A stretch of DNA of 64,000 nucleotides from positions 94,984,001 to 95,048,000 of the forward strand of contig OX597815.1 in NCBI GenBank assembly GCA_951406725.2, in the 5' to 3' direction. A program made the position numbers and the translations under genes. Below the pieces are notes generated by a model that worked only from the letters and a program-made list of their open reading frames with translations, was not told the DNA's origin and did no database searches. Numbering within the stretch: the stretch's first letter is position 1; each line of letters starts with the position of its first letter. This document shows, piece after piece, positions 38,601-51,177 of this stretch. Source of the DNA: Octopus vulgaris (Eukaryota).

Positions 38601-39924
38601 TTTTTTTAAAACAGTAATATATTGTGAAGAAGCGTAGCGAACTTAAAGTACGTGTTAAACTGAAGAAGTAGAAAGTTTGCGTATATTTCTTTGCTCAGTA
38701 AAAATGCGGACTTGAGAAAAGATCAAAGAATATATTGTGATTGATGGAGATATTTTTGAGAGAAATATAAAAATACGATTTCTAGGTAAACCGATTCTTT
38801 ACCTACTTCATTTAGCATTATTTAAATTTCTCTACATTTCCATTATAAATTACGAGGTCAGTGAAAGTGCTTACTTTTTTCTTAGATTAGTGGGCACCTT
38901 AACTGGTGTTCCATAGTTTGTGGATTGGTACCACAGTCAAACATTGAGTGATACATGGATTCATTTAATTTCAGATCTCAGTTGGTTAAAGCATTTTCAT
39001 TAAGCAGTCGCAAAACGACTCTAATTGATAGATCTATTGTCAATTACTTACTATCCCTGAATATCTTCCGTTCCAGAATACCTTGCTAGTAATACGTTAT
39101 CCAGTGAGTCCTTTATATTATTGGAGGGTTGAATGGAATTTGAGAAAAAATTGGTTGTTATTTCTTGCAGATATTCTGACCAGGTAACGTTTTTAGATAC
39201 TTTTCAGTAAATATATCTAGAAGTATATTATTCAAAGTGTCCTTTTTTGCATAAGAGGATAGACGTGATTTGTAGAAAATTTAGTTGCAATATCTAGCAG
39301 TTGATCCAGATTGGAAGAGATTCTCTCATTAGCTATAAGTTCAATATGGTATGCTAAAATATAATTTAAAATTTTCTCGAGGCAAATATCTTTTTCTTTA
39401 TTTTATTTTGTAAAACTTTAGAATGTAAATCTACCAATAATGATATAAATGCATTTGCCTGAAACTTAGATTAAAAAATAAATAAAAGGCAATTGTTGGA
39501 AAATCCGTTGATAAAATTGGAAATAACTGCCATAATTCTATGAAATAAATTCAAGGAGAAATTCTTGAAATGAAAAAATAATAATATATATTAAACGCAG
39601 ATATTTAAATATAGAAAACAACACAACATTATAATATACAATATGTATACATATGCTTAATTGTGTTATAGTATTCAGTGAGATTTGACTTTTGGGGTAT
39701 TTCTAAATATCTTATGTTTGCATGGAGTTTCTATGCCAATTTATCATGAACAAGAAATGGAATTCATACACTGGCCAACTTGAAGTATTTGTATTAATGA
39801 GCATCTTTGATACTTGAGCACATGATGAAATATATATTAAACGTCGAACTGCAAACAATTGCAGCAATTATATGTACAGAAAAATGAAGTAAGAAAATAA
39901 TCGTAATGCCTACTTGAACATCTT

Positions 39925-39988
<64 letters not shown>

Positions 39989-40222
39989 TACATACATACA
40001 TATATACATATGTAAATAGGAATTAATAGCACAACAAGGTACCAATTTTTGCCGGAAATAGCAGGCGATAACCGTACGACGCTATGTAAAGTGCCTTGCT
40101 GTGCCACTATTTCCTAATTATTATTCTACCTTTACGGTACTTTATTTAGCTGGAAAATAATACTATTATAATATATATAATATATAATATATATAATATA
40201 TATAATAATATATATAATTTAT

Positions 40223-40433
40223 AAGGCAACGAGCTGGCAGAAATTTTACCATGCCGGGCGAAATGCTTAGCAGTATTTCGTCTGTCTTTACGTTCTGAAT
40301 TCAAATTCCACCAAAGTCGACTTTACCTTTCACCCTTTCGGGTTCACTAGGTGCCAGTTGCGCACTGGAGTCAATCTATTCGACTGGCCCCTTCCACCCA
40401 AATTTCGGGCCTTGTGCCTAGATTAGGAAAGAA
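40223..40433 (+). mobile_element. SINE family B
   Basis: GGCAACGAGCTGGCAGAA head, TTCAAATTCC B box, GTCGACTTTACCTTTCACCCTTTCGGG. Confidence 0.85.
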
Positions 40434-40440
40434 TATTTAT

Positions 40441-40473
<33 letters not shown>

Positions 40474-40476
<3 letters not shown>

Positions 40477-40639
40477 CGCAGGAGTGGCTGTGTGGTAAGT
40501 AGCTTGCTTACCAACCACACGGTTCTGTGTTCAGTCCCACTACGTGGCATCTTGGGCAACTGTCTTGGGCAACTCCCCCTGGCCGACCTATGGCTTTTGA
40601 GTAGATTTGGTAGTCGGAAACTGAAAGAAGCCTGTCGTA

Positions 40640-40679
<40 letters not shown>

Positions 40680-40913
40680 TGTGTATATGTTTGTGTGTCT
40701 GTGTTTGTCCCCTTAGCATTGCTTGACAACCGATGCTGGTGTGTTTTTGAACAATTGTAAGAGGTTTATTGCCTCATGTATGAGGCAAAAGAGAACGATA
40801 GAATAAGTACTGGGCTTACAAAGAATAAGTCCTGGGGTCGATTTGCTCGACTAAAGGCGGTGCTCTAGCATGGCCGCAGTCAAATGACTGAAACAGGTAA
40901 AAGAGTAAAGAGT
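40474..40913 (+). mobile_element. SINE family A, full length, with a foreign 36-bp patch
   Basis: GGCGCAGGAGTGGCTGTGTGGTAAG...GACTGAAACAGGTAAAAGAG; matches 50763-51177. Confidence 0.92.
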
Positions 40914-40914
40914 A

Positions 40915-40949
<35 letters not shown>

Positions 40950-40960
40950 CATATACACAC

Positions 40961-41150
40961 ATTTGACTGCGGCTATGCTGGAAACGCACATTTAGTCGAA
41001 CAAATCGACCCCAGTATTTATTCTTTGTAAGCCTAGTACTTATTCATTTGGTCCCTTTTGCCGAACCGCTAAGTTACGGGGACGTAAGCACACCAGCATT
41101 GGTTGTCAAGCGATGGTGGGGGGACCAAACATAGACACACAACTATACAC
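40961..41150 (-). mobile_element. SINE family A, 3' half (tail-to-tail with the previous copy)
   Basis: Reverse complement of 50965-51145. Confidence 0.88.
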
Positions 41151-41488
41151 ACACACACATATATTTATGTGAAAAAAAAAACAAAAATGGAGAAATATTG
41201 ACGAACAACAATTGTCTTACATGAATTGTTATTTATTAAATTAATTCAATACAAATAGACTACATTCAATCTAACACCTCTTTCTGCTTCCAATGTTGTA
41301 TGGTATTGCCATTGATATACTAAAAATATTTATCATATTTGTTGAAAAATAAAACGATCTGAAACGTGGAGTTTCATCGGAGTGAAGAACAAATAAAGAC
41401 GACCATAGAGAGAAAAAAAGGAAAGGTTGAATATAGTTGTAATCATACAATTTTGCTCGCGTATCTCATTGGTATGTTGGACTTCTTT

Positions 41489-42967
41489 TAGTTTCTATGT
41501 ACCAAATCCACTCACAAGGCTTTGGTCGACTCAAGGATATAGTAGAATACACTTGCCGAAGGTGACACGCACTGGAACTGAACCTGGAACCATGTGATTG
41601 GAAAACAAACTTTTTATTTCATTAAATTGGCTATAATGGCCTTACATAGACAAAGAAAGAAGCTGCAGGTTGGGCACAGTCATCCTTTTATATGAGATGA
41701 AAAGTGAAAATGATGATTAATGGGGGAAACAGACAACGCTCGCCGATTGTTGTTTCCCGAAAATATTGTTCTCTTATTTATCATACATGAGACAATAAAC
41801 CTCTTACAATTGTTCATAATTGTTCATTAAAGCACAAAAAATGAGGCACTACGCCTCATACCTTGCTTAAAAACAGAATGAGTTTTCAAACCTCTTATCA
41901 GTTCACAATATTGAGGCTTTCCAACCTCTTACCCATAGTCCTCTTAAGTATCGCTTGTAACACTGCATCCTCCATTCCCTACGCCTCACTCAAGCACAAA
42001 GTGGGTGATTTGTCAGGACCGCCCGGCCACAGGCGATATTCCTCATTGCGCTTCTTCAGCCTTTGCAACACGGGCAACGTTATAACCTCCACAGCTATCT
42101 GCGGAGGCCATTCGAAATCCCGTGTGCAGGTCATAATTGCTCCTTAATGGTGCTTCAACCTCTTCCCCACGTCTCCGCTCCTGTGGGAGAAAACAAGTAA
42201 TTCTTCTTCTTCAGGTGGCGAGGTATTCACTTCCACCGTCGGTGGCACGATTCCCACCAACAAAGATCCGGGATATTCCGGTATTGTGTTACCAACTGCC
42301 GGCAATGTCCCATTTCTCCTTTTCTTCCCCTTTCCCCCCTTTTAACTGGAGAACGGCGTGTTTCCTCCGTGACCGGGAGATCCGCCTTCCCTCTCTCGTC
42401 CCTAGGATTCTTCGATGAGCACCCATTGTTACTCACCTTCTTCCTCGAAAAAAAAAAACAGTTCAACACTACGACAGTTCTTTGCACTGTGATAGTTCAA
42501 ATCACTGCAACAGCTTCTTCAAAAGATTAAATTCCGGCCAACCGGTACTCCTGGCCCAAAAGAGGTACTCCAGTTGAATAGGGAACCCAGTAGCAGGAAC
42601 AAAAAAGAATTTACTATTAAATGCTAATTACACAACGAAGAAAATTTTTTTACAGCAGCAAAAAATTCCACACTTTATAGCAGTAGAATATCCCAAAAAA
42701 TTTACTTGAAAGTGAACAATTTTGCCCAACTGTAGGCAGACCAGAGTCCAGAATCCAGTGAGGATTTCTTGTTTGTACAAAAAATAATACAGCAAACAAC
42801 AAAACCCTACTGGACCGAAAAAACAAAAGTCTTACCATGCAGTTGAGCTTCTTTTCCAATCAATATTTCGCCACCTGTACACCAGTGAGGCGACTTCTGC
42901 ACTGACACAACCGGAAGCGGAAACAGGAGAAGCAAGCTTCTTACCACAGAGCCACTCTTGCGCCTAT
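41489..42967 (-). mobile_element. SINE family A 5' half split by a retro-insertion of about 1.3 kb (41612-42930)
   Basis: The SINE stops at ..GGAAAACAAACT (41611) and resumes at AAGCAAGCTTCTTACCAC (42930); the insert ends in AATAAAAA on the minus strand. Confidence 0.75.
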
Positions 42968-43769
42968 AACTACATACATATATATATCCTTACACCCACA
43001 TACACACTGATATGTAAGTATATATGTTAATGTATAAGTAAGTATGAAGATATATAATATTTATCTCTCACCAGATGGAGTACCAGTTTGTTGATCTTAC
43101 CATCACCGAACAGTACATTATATATACACATACATACTTGTATGCATAGATAGATACGTACACACACATATATATATATATATATACATAGATACTTACC
43201 TACATACATATATGTATACATATGTATATATAAATATATATGTATTTGTGTGCGTTTATGATTGTGTGTGTATCTATGTATATATGAATGGATGTAGATA
43301 GGTAGGTAGCTAAAATAGCACAAAGGAAATGAGAGAAATCAGAGACGTATATTTGGACAATGTGAGAGGTTGCAGCATGTAGGCAAAACTTCAGAATATA
43401 GTCGAAAGAATATAAAAACATCCGCACGCGCGTGCATAAAATTACCATGACAAGTAGGGTATAGTGAAGTGTACAGCAAAAAGAGAAAAAGGTAAAACGA
43501 GTGACATTGTCAGAGAATCAGAAAAAGGAGCAAAAAGAGAAAAGAAGATTAAAGCACCGGCATAGCTTTCGACTACATGATGTACACACACATACACACA
43601 CACACACGCACAGAAACGTAAATACACACACTCACACACACAGAATTTTCAGTAACAAATACAAAGCTGAAACACACTAGATCAGCTTTTATTAGTGCTA
43701 TAATATAACACATATATGTATGTATGTATGCATGGTGAATGTCAACACACTGCAGTGCTACACTAACTC

Positions 43770-44050
43770 TTACCATGGCCCAGTGGTTTGGGCGTCTAGC
43801 ATTCAATTCGTTCGATTCCTGGATCAGGTTGTATGCTGTGTTCTTGAACATGACACTCTATTTTACGTTACTCCAATTCACTCAGTCACCACCTTTGCGC
43901 TTCGTTTGGGCAACATCGGTAGCATAGAGAGGTGAAGCTAATATACATGCACGACATCTAGTCTTCTGAAAATAGCCTTGCCCAGTATTCCATCCTCGGA
44001 GGGGAACGTTCAACATGCACTCTCTTGGTCATGAGTGAACAAAAGGAGAC
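43770..44050 (+). mobile_element. Degenerate SINE family C
   Basis: ATGGCCCAGTGGTT (A box), GTTCGATTCC (B box), TGTGTTCTTGAACATGACACT core. Confidence 0.65.
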
Positions 44051-44052
44051 TT

Positions 44053-44110
<58 letters not shown>

Positions 44111-44165
44111 ATGTGTGTGTGTGCTCCACTATGGCCGTTGTCAAATGACTGAAATAAGTAAAATA

Positions 44166-44207
<42 letters not shown>

Positions 44208-44233
44208 GTGTGTGACAATTATTCGGTAGCCAT

Positions 44234-44320
44234 GATAAAGCTCTGAGTTTCGGATGCCGTGGTGGAAACCCACACCGGCATCCCATGTCGGCAACCCACC
44301 CCGGCATCTCTTCAGTTTTC
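44234..44320 (-). ncRNA. Degenerate hammerhead-like motif in a short repeat between microsatellites
   Basis: Minus strand: GAAAA-CTGAAGA-GATGCCG..(internal duplication)..CGGCATCC-GAAAC-TCAGA-GCT-TTATC; cleavage triplet non-canonical. Confidence 0.5.
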
Positions 44321-44471
44321 GAGCCATCAAACAAATGCTATGAAATTGATTGTTAAACAAAGGGAAATTACTGAGTGATTGACCGTTATTAAGGCAAAAG
44401 AGCTATGAGAATGACCGCTAAGTAAGGTGAGGGAGTATATATATATATATATAAAGATATATATATATATC

Positions 44472-44600
44472 GTTAATCCAAACATGAAAACACAAAGAGA
44501 AAACACAACAACGAGAGAACGTGGAATAAGTATAGTGTTATTGGACGCTCAGGAAAGGAAAGAAAGAAGGAGGGAAAAAATCGCCAACGGTATACACGCG
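44472..44600 (-). mobile_element. Third copy of the 7369-7570 family with the hammerhead segment deleted
   Basis: Reverse complement matches 7372-7395 joined to 7470-7561. Confidence 0.85.
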
Positions 44601-45034
44601 GATATATAGATACATACATACATACATATATACATACACACATGCATGCACACGCTTATATAACTCACATATATCGATTTTCCACGAGCTTTGTCGCACG
44701 AGAACCTTAAAGTAAAGTCATGTGTTGAAACATATATTTTGAAAAGAAAAGAATGTTGATATAATTAATTACGCACGTTGCGTTTTTCTTTAAAATAGAC
44801 TAATTATTTAATCAACCAATCAATTAATTCCTTGAATTGTTAGTCTTTTGTGAAACATTGACATTTTCACTAAAAATACCAAACTCAAACACACTAAGTC
44901 TTCTTGTTATTGGTGCTATAATACCATATATCGAAAATATAATTTATGCAAGCTTACGTATATATATGTAAATATGTTATATGTTTGTATGTATGCATAT
45001 ATGTATGCACATGCATACACACACATATTCACGT

Positions 45035-45044
45035 ATCTATCTTA

Positions 45045-45104
<60 letters not shown>

Positions 45105-45160
45105 TTATCTATCTATCTATGCATCTATCTACACACATACATACACACACACACATATAT
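45035..45160. repeat. (TATC)n microsatellite
   Basis: Directly visible. Confidence 0.95.
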
Positions 45161-46143
45161 TTGTATATATAAATATATATTCAATTAAATATTTAAAGTG
45201 TTTACCAGTGAGTATGTGTGCTTGTGTGTGTGAACATGTGTTTACCTGTGCATGTATATATGCATTTCTAATTTCTGCAAGCTTGAGGTTTCATAGAGAA
45301 ATATTGTTTTCTGTTTTCTAAAAGCTTTGAGACAACATTTCTCGTTAATGTAAGACAATATATGATTAAAGAGAATGTTTGAAAAAAAAAAAGGACAATA
45401 AATATTTCAGCTGACATGGAATATAACAAAGTCATCTGAATCAACATTTACGTTTCCCTGCAGCAAATTCTCATGGGGATATAAGCAAGTCTATCAACTC
45501 CATATGTCATACTGAATAAAGCCAAATTCTTGTGATGCTCTCTTGGGCACTGTACGACATAGAAAGTTCGCAGATAGTTCCTTGCACGAATGAGACTACG
45601 TTGTGTATTTGACACTATAGAAACCACAGAACCTTTTACTGAACTGCAAAGACACACATACGAAAAGCAACACACTTATATCGCTTCATTATTGCACGCA
45701 CACATATATGTGTGTATCTATTTAGTTACAATCCGATTGTCTGTATACATCAGTATGCACGAATATATTTATTTGTGTATGGCTACATTTTGATGCGAAT
45801 GTTTGACTAAATTTATGCGTTTGAATACCTTGTGTTCGCGCTTGTGTTTTTGTGTTTATTTGTGTGTGTGTGTGTTTGTGTATGCAGTATTTACAGGGTA
45901 CATTGATTCCATGATCCATGTCTTACTCTCAGTCGAAAGAATTTTAATTTGATCACACCAGCTGAGAATCCTGCGAATATTATATCCCATTTCAATATGG
46001 CTGATGTTCAATAGCTATTTAAGTTATATGCATGTATGTACACACACACATACAAACACACACAAACACACACACACACGTACATATTCACATACATAAA
46101 CATATATTTGTTGCGTGACTGATGTATACAACAATTGATAACA

Positions 46144-46220
<77 letters not shown>

Positions 46221-46345
46221 CAAAATTGGACAAGAACGCAAAACATTCAAATAGACGACACAAAAAACGGACGGGTTATTCGAAGCCTCTAATCTTCAGT
46301 CAAGATTATATATATGTAGTTATGTGTGTGTGTGTGTGTGTGTGT

Positions 46346-47701
46346 GTGCAGATCAGATATTTGTTGTAGGGCAGATGTGTGAAAAGTTTTTGGCAAAAGA
46401 GAGAAATGTATATTAGGCCTTCATGGACTTAGAGAAGGCATATGACCGTGTGGATAGGGATGCAATGTGGTGAGTGTTGCGGTTGTACGAACTAGATGGT
46501 AAAGTTTTGAGAGCTGTACAGAGTTTCTATAGGAAAAAGTAAGGAATGTGTTAGTGTGGATAGTGAAGTAAGTGTGTGCCTTGACGTGAAGGTGGGGGTT
46601 AAGACAGGGTTGTGTGATATCTCCGTGGCTGTTTAATTTATACATGGATGGTGTAATGAGATGTGAATGCTAGAAACGTTGGTAGGAGAACTCAAATGGT
46701 GGGAGAAAATGGAGACAAATGGCAGGTAAATGAGATGTTTGTTGATGATACAGCACTGGTGGCAGATTCAGAAGAGCAACTGAGGAGACTTGTGGTAGAG
46801 TTTGGATGAGTGTGTGAGCGTAGGAGACTGAAAGTAAATGTAGCTAAGAGTAAGGTGATGAGATGTTCGAGAGATGGGATGGCTGGTAGGATGGATGTGT
46901 GTATAAATGGTGAGATGTTAGAAGAGGTGAGTGTTTTGAAGTACCTTGGATCACATGTGACGGTGGATGGGAATTGTGGTGGCTGAGAAGGTGGGATATA
47001 GAGTGAGGGAGGGGTGTAAGATACTTGAAGTTGTGAAAGACAAAAGGTTGAGTATGAAAGCGATAAGAGGTGTGTATGAGGGTGTGATTGTGTCGACAAT
47101 GTTATATAGTGCAGAGACGTGGGGTATGAGATAAGCGGAAAGTAGGCAGCTAGATGTGTTTGAGATGAGATGTTTGAGGACTATGGTTGGTGTGAACCGT
47201 ATGGGCAGGATGAGGAATGGTGAGGTGCGAAGGCGAGCAGGAATGAGTGATCTATGTACTAGAATAGATAGTGGTTTGGCTACATGGAGAGGATGGACGA
47301 GTAGCGGGGTGTAAGAAGGGTGATGAAGGTAGAGGTGGTAGACAGCAAAACTACAGTCAGACCTCGGTTTGTGTGAATGGATGGAACGAGGAAAGCTTTA
47401 GTGGTTAGAGGTGTTGGAGTGAAAGAAGCAAGAGCTTATTAGTGATAGGAAAGCTTGGAGAGTGTGGACGGATGAGTGAATTGATGTTGCTCAAAGGGGT
47501 ACGGAACCAGCATGATTCGGCGGGGGTAAACCAGCATATGCTGTCAGGCCTTACTGCTGATATCGGGGGTTGCTTTTACGCCTGACCCAAGCATAGGACG
47601 CGGCTCGCTTCTTTGAGCTGGGAAATGAATGGAATGCCTGGTGTGCGTCTTGTTGTGGTTACCCCTTCCTATGGGGATTTTAGGCCGTGGTAAAAAAAAA
47701 A
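46346..47701 (+). mobile_element. 5'-truncated RTE-clade LINE with 3'UTR and A-tail
   Basis: CADQIF, AFMDLEKAYDRVDR, RQGCVISPWLFNLYMD, FVDDTALVADSEEQL, LKVNVAKSKVM, FKYLGS, LYSAETW, FEMRCLR. Confidence 0.92.
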
Positions 47702-49365
47702 GATGTGTGTGTGTGTGTGTGCATGTATGTATGGTTGCTTGTATGTAGGTATACATATATGTGTATATCAGTGTACGTGTGTTTGTATTTCAATGTTTCT
47801 TTACAAACACCTATATACTTCGATCTAGCGATATTCTAAATTAATTGCTGAACTTTACCGCTTCAATAATTATATGGTATATGTTATCCATGCAGTTATG
47901 TTGTATATATGATAAATTTTGAAGTTGCGTTAGCGAAAAGGAAGGGAAACTAATTAGATTACATCCTAATACAAAGCTTTTTGATTTCTAGATAGTGACA
48001 CAAAGGAAAGAAAGGACCGATGTAAAACATGAAGGAAAGAAAGATCCGATGTAAAACACGAAGGAAAAAGATTGAAGTATTTCAGCTAATAAACGCTTAG
48101 TAGATGCTATAAACACGAGGAAAATAAACCGAGTGGGCGAATGAAGAAACAGAAAGTTGGGTACGTGTCACTAACGCAATCTCTCAAACTAGAATCTATA
48201 ATAAAATTTATAATTCTATGTAGTATCTGTGATTCAGCGAAATAATGACCGGAGAGAAAGAGGAGAGAAAGGCGAAGACAGCCAAGAAAATGGGAGATAG
48301 GAAATAAAAGAAAAACGTAGCTAGTATATTACGTATATAGAGTATGAAAATATTATAAGAAAATAGGGAAATAGAGAATACTACTAGATTACTACTGCTG
48401 CTAATAACTGAGCATTTTCGGGCAACTGCTAATCGCATGTGAGATTTATTTCACAGAAATACGACAATCTATAATTTCGATTGTATCTTGGAGCACCAAG
48501 AGCTTCACTGTCTCTTTTGTTGATTAGGAATTTCGGAGAAATCTTCTGTCCTTGGGTTTCAAATGGAATAGCCTCGAATTGTAATGTGATGTAAGAGTCA
48601 CGGGTCCAAGAAAGTCTTCTATTCATGTCGATATTATTGTTGTCGTCATGACTTTGGAAATCATACCCTTACATAATCTTTTATCCCGGTCTTTGCCGTA
48701 TGTCCGTCCGGCAGTCTTGGCGGGAAGGGAATGTTTCCTGTGGAGCTCACAACACGTAGACTATTGTTCCCTTCAGTTTCCCGGCTATAAGTTTATATAT
48801 TCAATTTTGCTGCTGTTTAGCAAGTGTTGTCTGAGAGAGATTATTCGAAGTCTCTCGTCACAGATCTCAAACTTTTACCTGTTTTGTCTCTTCATATGTA
48901 TGTATGTATTTTAAAGTTTACTCACTACTTATACAATGTTTTATCTAGAGAGCAGCAAAGCTACTTGTAGATACATCAGAATTTTTAATGAGAGTGCGAA
49001 ATACAGTTTTGCTTTTCCCTAGATAAAACCTCTCACAAATTGTAAGTGTATTTGTGATATAAAATAACACTCTTCTTTAGTGCGTCGAATACTTATGGAA
49101 TTTATGCAAACAAATACACTATTCATGCACGTGAAAAGTCATATGTATAGAATACGGTGTATATGTAAATTTATAGATGTCTTATCGAAAAAAAGTTAGT
49201 TATTTTGAATGCATGAAAAAGTTTTGCATTGATAATTTAAAATACTTGAATTTTTTGTAGGCTAAAGGGCACCTTCAAACAACCGTACACAATTTATTAC
49301 GATTAGAAGCATAAGCTTTGAAGTGCATACATACATGCATGCATACACATGCACATACACGCACG

Positions 49366-49400
<35 letters not shown>

Positions 49401-50119
49401 TCACACAAACAAGCAGTTCTGAATCAGTGTATGTCAACCTTGTATGTCACAATACGTTTACAAAAACCCACGCAAAACTCCTGATAATCATTTGAAAGAC
49501 CGCTATCAATTATGATCTAATCTAACAACCACAGACACATATAAACTATTGCCTAGGTTTTCGTTCAGAATCTACGTCAGGTTTTATGGGCGGATAATCA
49601 TCTATATATCGCATGTGATCTCTTCTTGGCCGTTTCTGCCAGATTATTCACAACAAGGTTTTATCATAATCGATAAAAGTATGCCTGATTAATTGTTCTA
49701 GACATAGCTCGTAATGTGTCAAATTTCTGAACACACTGATTAAGAAATGATTGTTTTCGTCTGCACTTCGAGTTACAGGTTACTACTTCTACCACACCTC
49801 AACTGATATCCAGTGTCTTATCTGCACTTTAATTCGTCTGTTTCCTCATACCATAAATTCTTGCCAAAAATCTACACCTAACGATTGCTTTACAAACTTC
49901 AATAAACTGGAATTTCCTCTCCACCTGTATTTCTTATATTAGAAATGAATGTCAAAGACAAAAAGCAGCAACTCCAAAGATTTTACAAGTTTCTGCTATG
50001 ACTAATTGATATGTCATTTCAGGGAAATAAAAAATTTTGACGAGACAGTTTTTTTGCATCATACTTTAGAAGTTTCACTAACTGGATCTTTCGTCAAATG
50101 CATAGCATAATTCCTAGAT

Positions 50120-50124
50120 ATGTG

Positions 50125-50200
<76 letters not shown>
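50120..50200. repeat. (TG)n/(TGCG)n microsatellite
   Basis: Directly visible. Confidence 0.95.
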
Positions 50201-50202
<2 letters not shown>

Positions 50203-50544
50203 TCCGTGCGGGTGAAAATTTGCAAAGCTGTAGTGCTAATTACATGTGACATATTTTAGGTTCGATATCGTTACAGTGTTGTGTTAATTTTATTTAAATG
50301 AATGATTTTGCACTTTAAAATTAAAGAAGTATTAACGCGTAAAGTAGAACAGTGAGTAATGTGTTGTAATAGGTCTCTAGCAGCTTAGTTAAGGAATGCA
50401 TATCAGAATGCCTTATGATACTATATGAAGATTCCACTGTATAGTCTACGTCTATCACTCTTTGAGAAGATCAATTCTGAATAAATTCAGTAGGATTGCA
50501 AAAAACAGATCTTAGACGGGGGATGTGCATAATCATTTATATTC

Positions 50545-50660
50545 ACCTCTGCACTGGACTGGTACTTTTTCAACTCCAGAAAGGTGAAAGACAAAGTCGA
50601 CATCGGCATGTCTTGAATTCAGAATATAAACAACCGAAAAGATACGGCAAAGTATTTTGT
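50545..50660 (-). mobile_element. Old SINE family B fragment
   Basis: CTGGTACTTT..GAAAGGTGAAAGACAAAGTCGACATCGGC..TTGAATTCAGAA. Confidence 0.7.
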
Positions 50661-50762
50661 TGCACACATAGTCCATTCAACAAAACCACAACCTTAAAAT
50701 AACTTAATTATTACAAAACCTTTTGAATGGTATTTTACAGTTTATGTAAAATAAATATTCAT

Positions 50763-51177
50763 ACCGCAGGAGTGACTGTGTGGTAAGTAGCTTGTTTACC
50801 AACCACATGGTTCTGGGTTCAGTCCCACTGCGTGGCACATTGGGCAAGTGTCTTCTACTATAGCCTCGGGCCGACCAAAGCCTTGTGAGTAGATTTGGTA
50901 GGTGGAAACTGAAAGAAGCCCGTCGTATATATGTATATATATATGTGTGTGTGTGTGTGTGATTGTGTGTCTGTGTTTGTCCCCCTAGCATTGCTTGACA
51001 ACCGATGCTGGTGTGCTTATGTCCCCTTTTACTTAGCGGTTCGTCAAAAGAGACTGATAAAATAAGTACTGGGCTTACAAAAGAATAAGTCCCGGGGTCG
51101 AGTTGCTCGATTAAAGGCGGTGCTCCAGCATGGCCGCAGTCAAATGACTGAAACAAGTAAAAGAGTAAAAGAGAGAG
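50763..51177 (+). mobile_element. SINE family A, full length, least diverged copy
   Basis: A-box-like GTGACTGTGTGGTAAG, B-box-like GGGTTCAGTCCC, tail GGTGCTCCAGCATGGCCGCAGTCAAATGACTGAAACAAGTAAAAGAG. Confidence 0.93.

Noticed and set aside
46215-46305. Minus-strand CTGAAGA next to (TA)n
   Set aside because: No stem II or GAAAC; at most a truncated repeat end
48004-48068. Two tandem copies of about 29 bp as a CRISPR-like array
   Set aside because: Simple tandem duplication without spacers in eukaryotic DNA
48429-48626. 65-aa ORF with a KR site as a neuropeptide exon
   Set aside because: In-frame stop just upstream, no signal peptide, no clear splice sites or homology
50763-50835. SINE heads as tRNA genes
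   Set aside because: A/B boxes are present but there is no full cloverleaf, and they continue into SINE bodies
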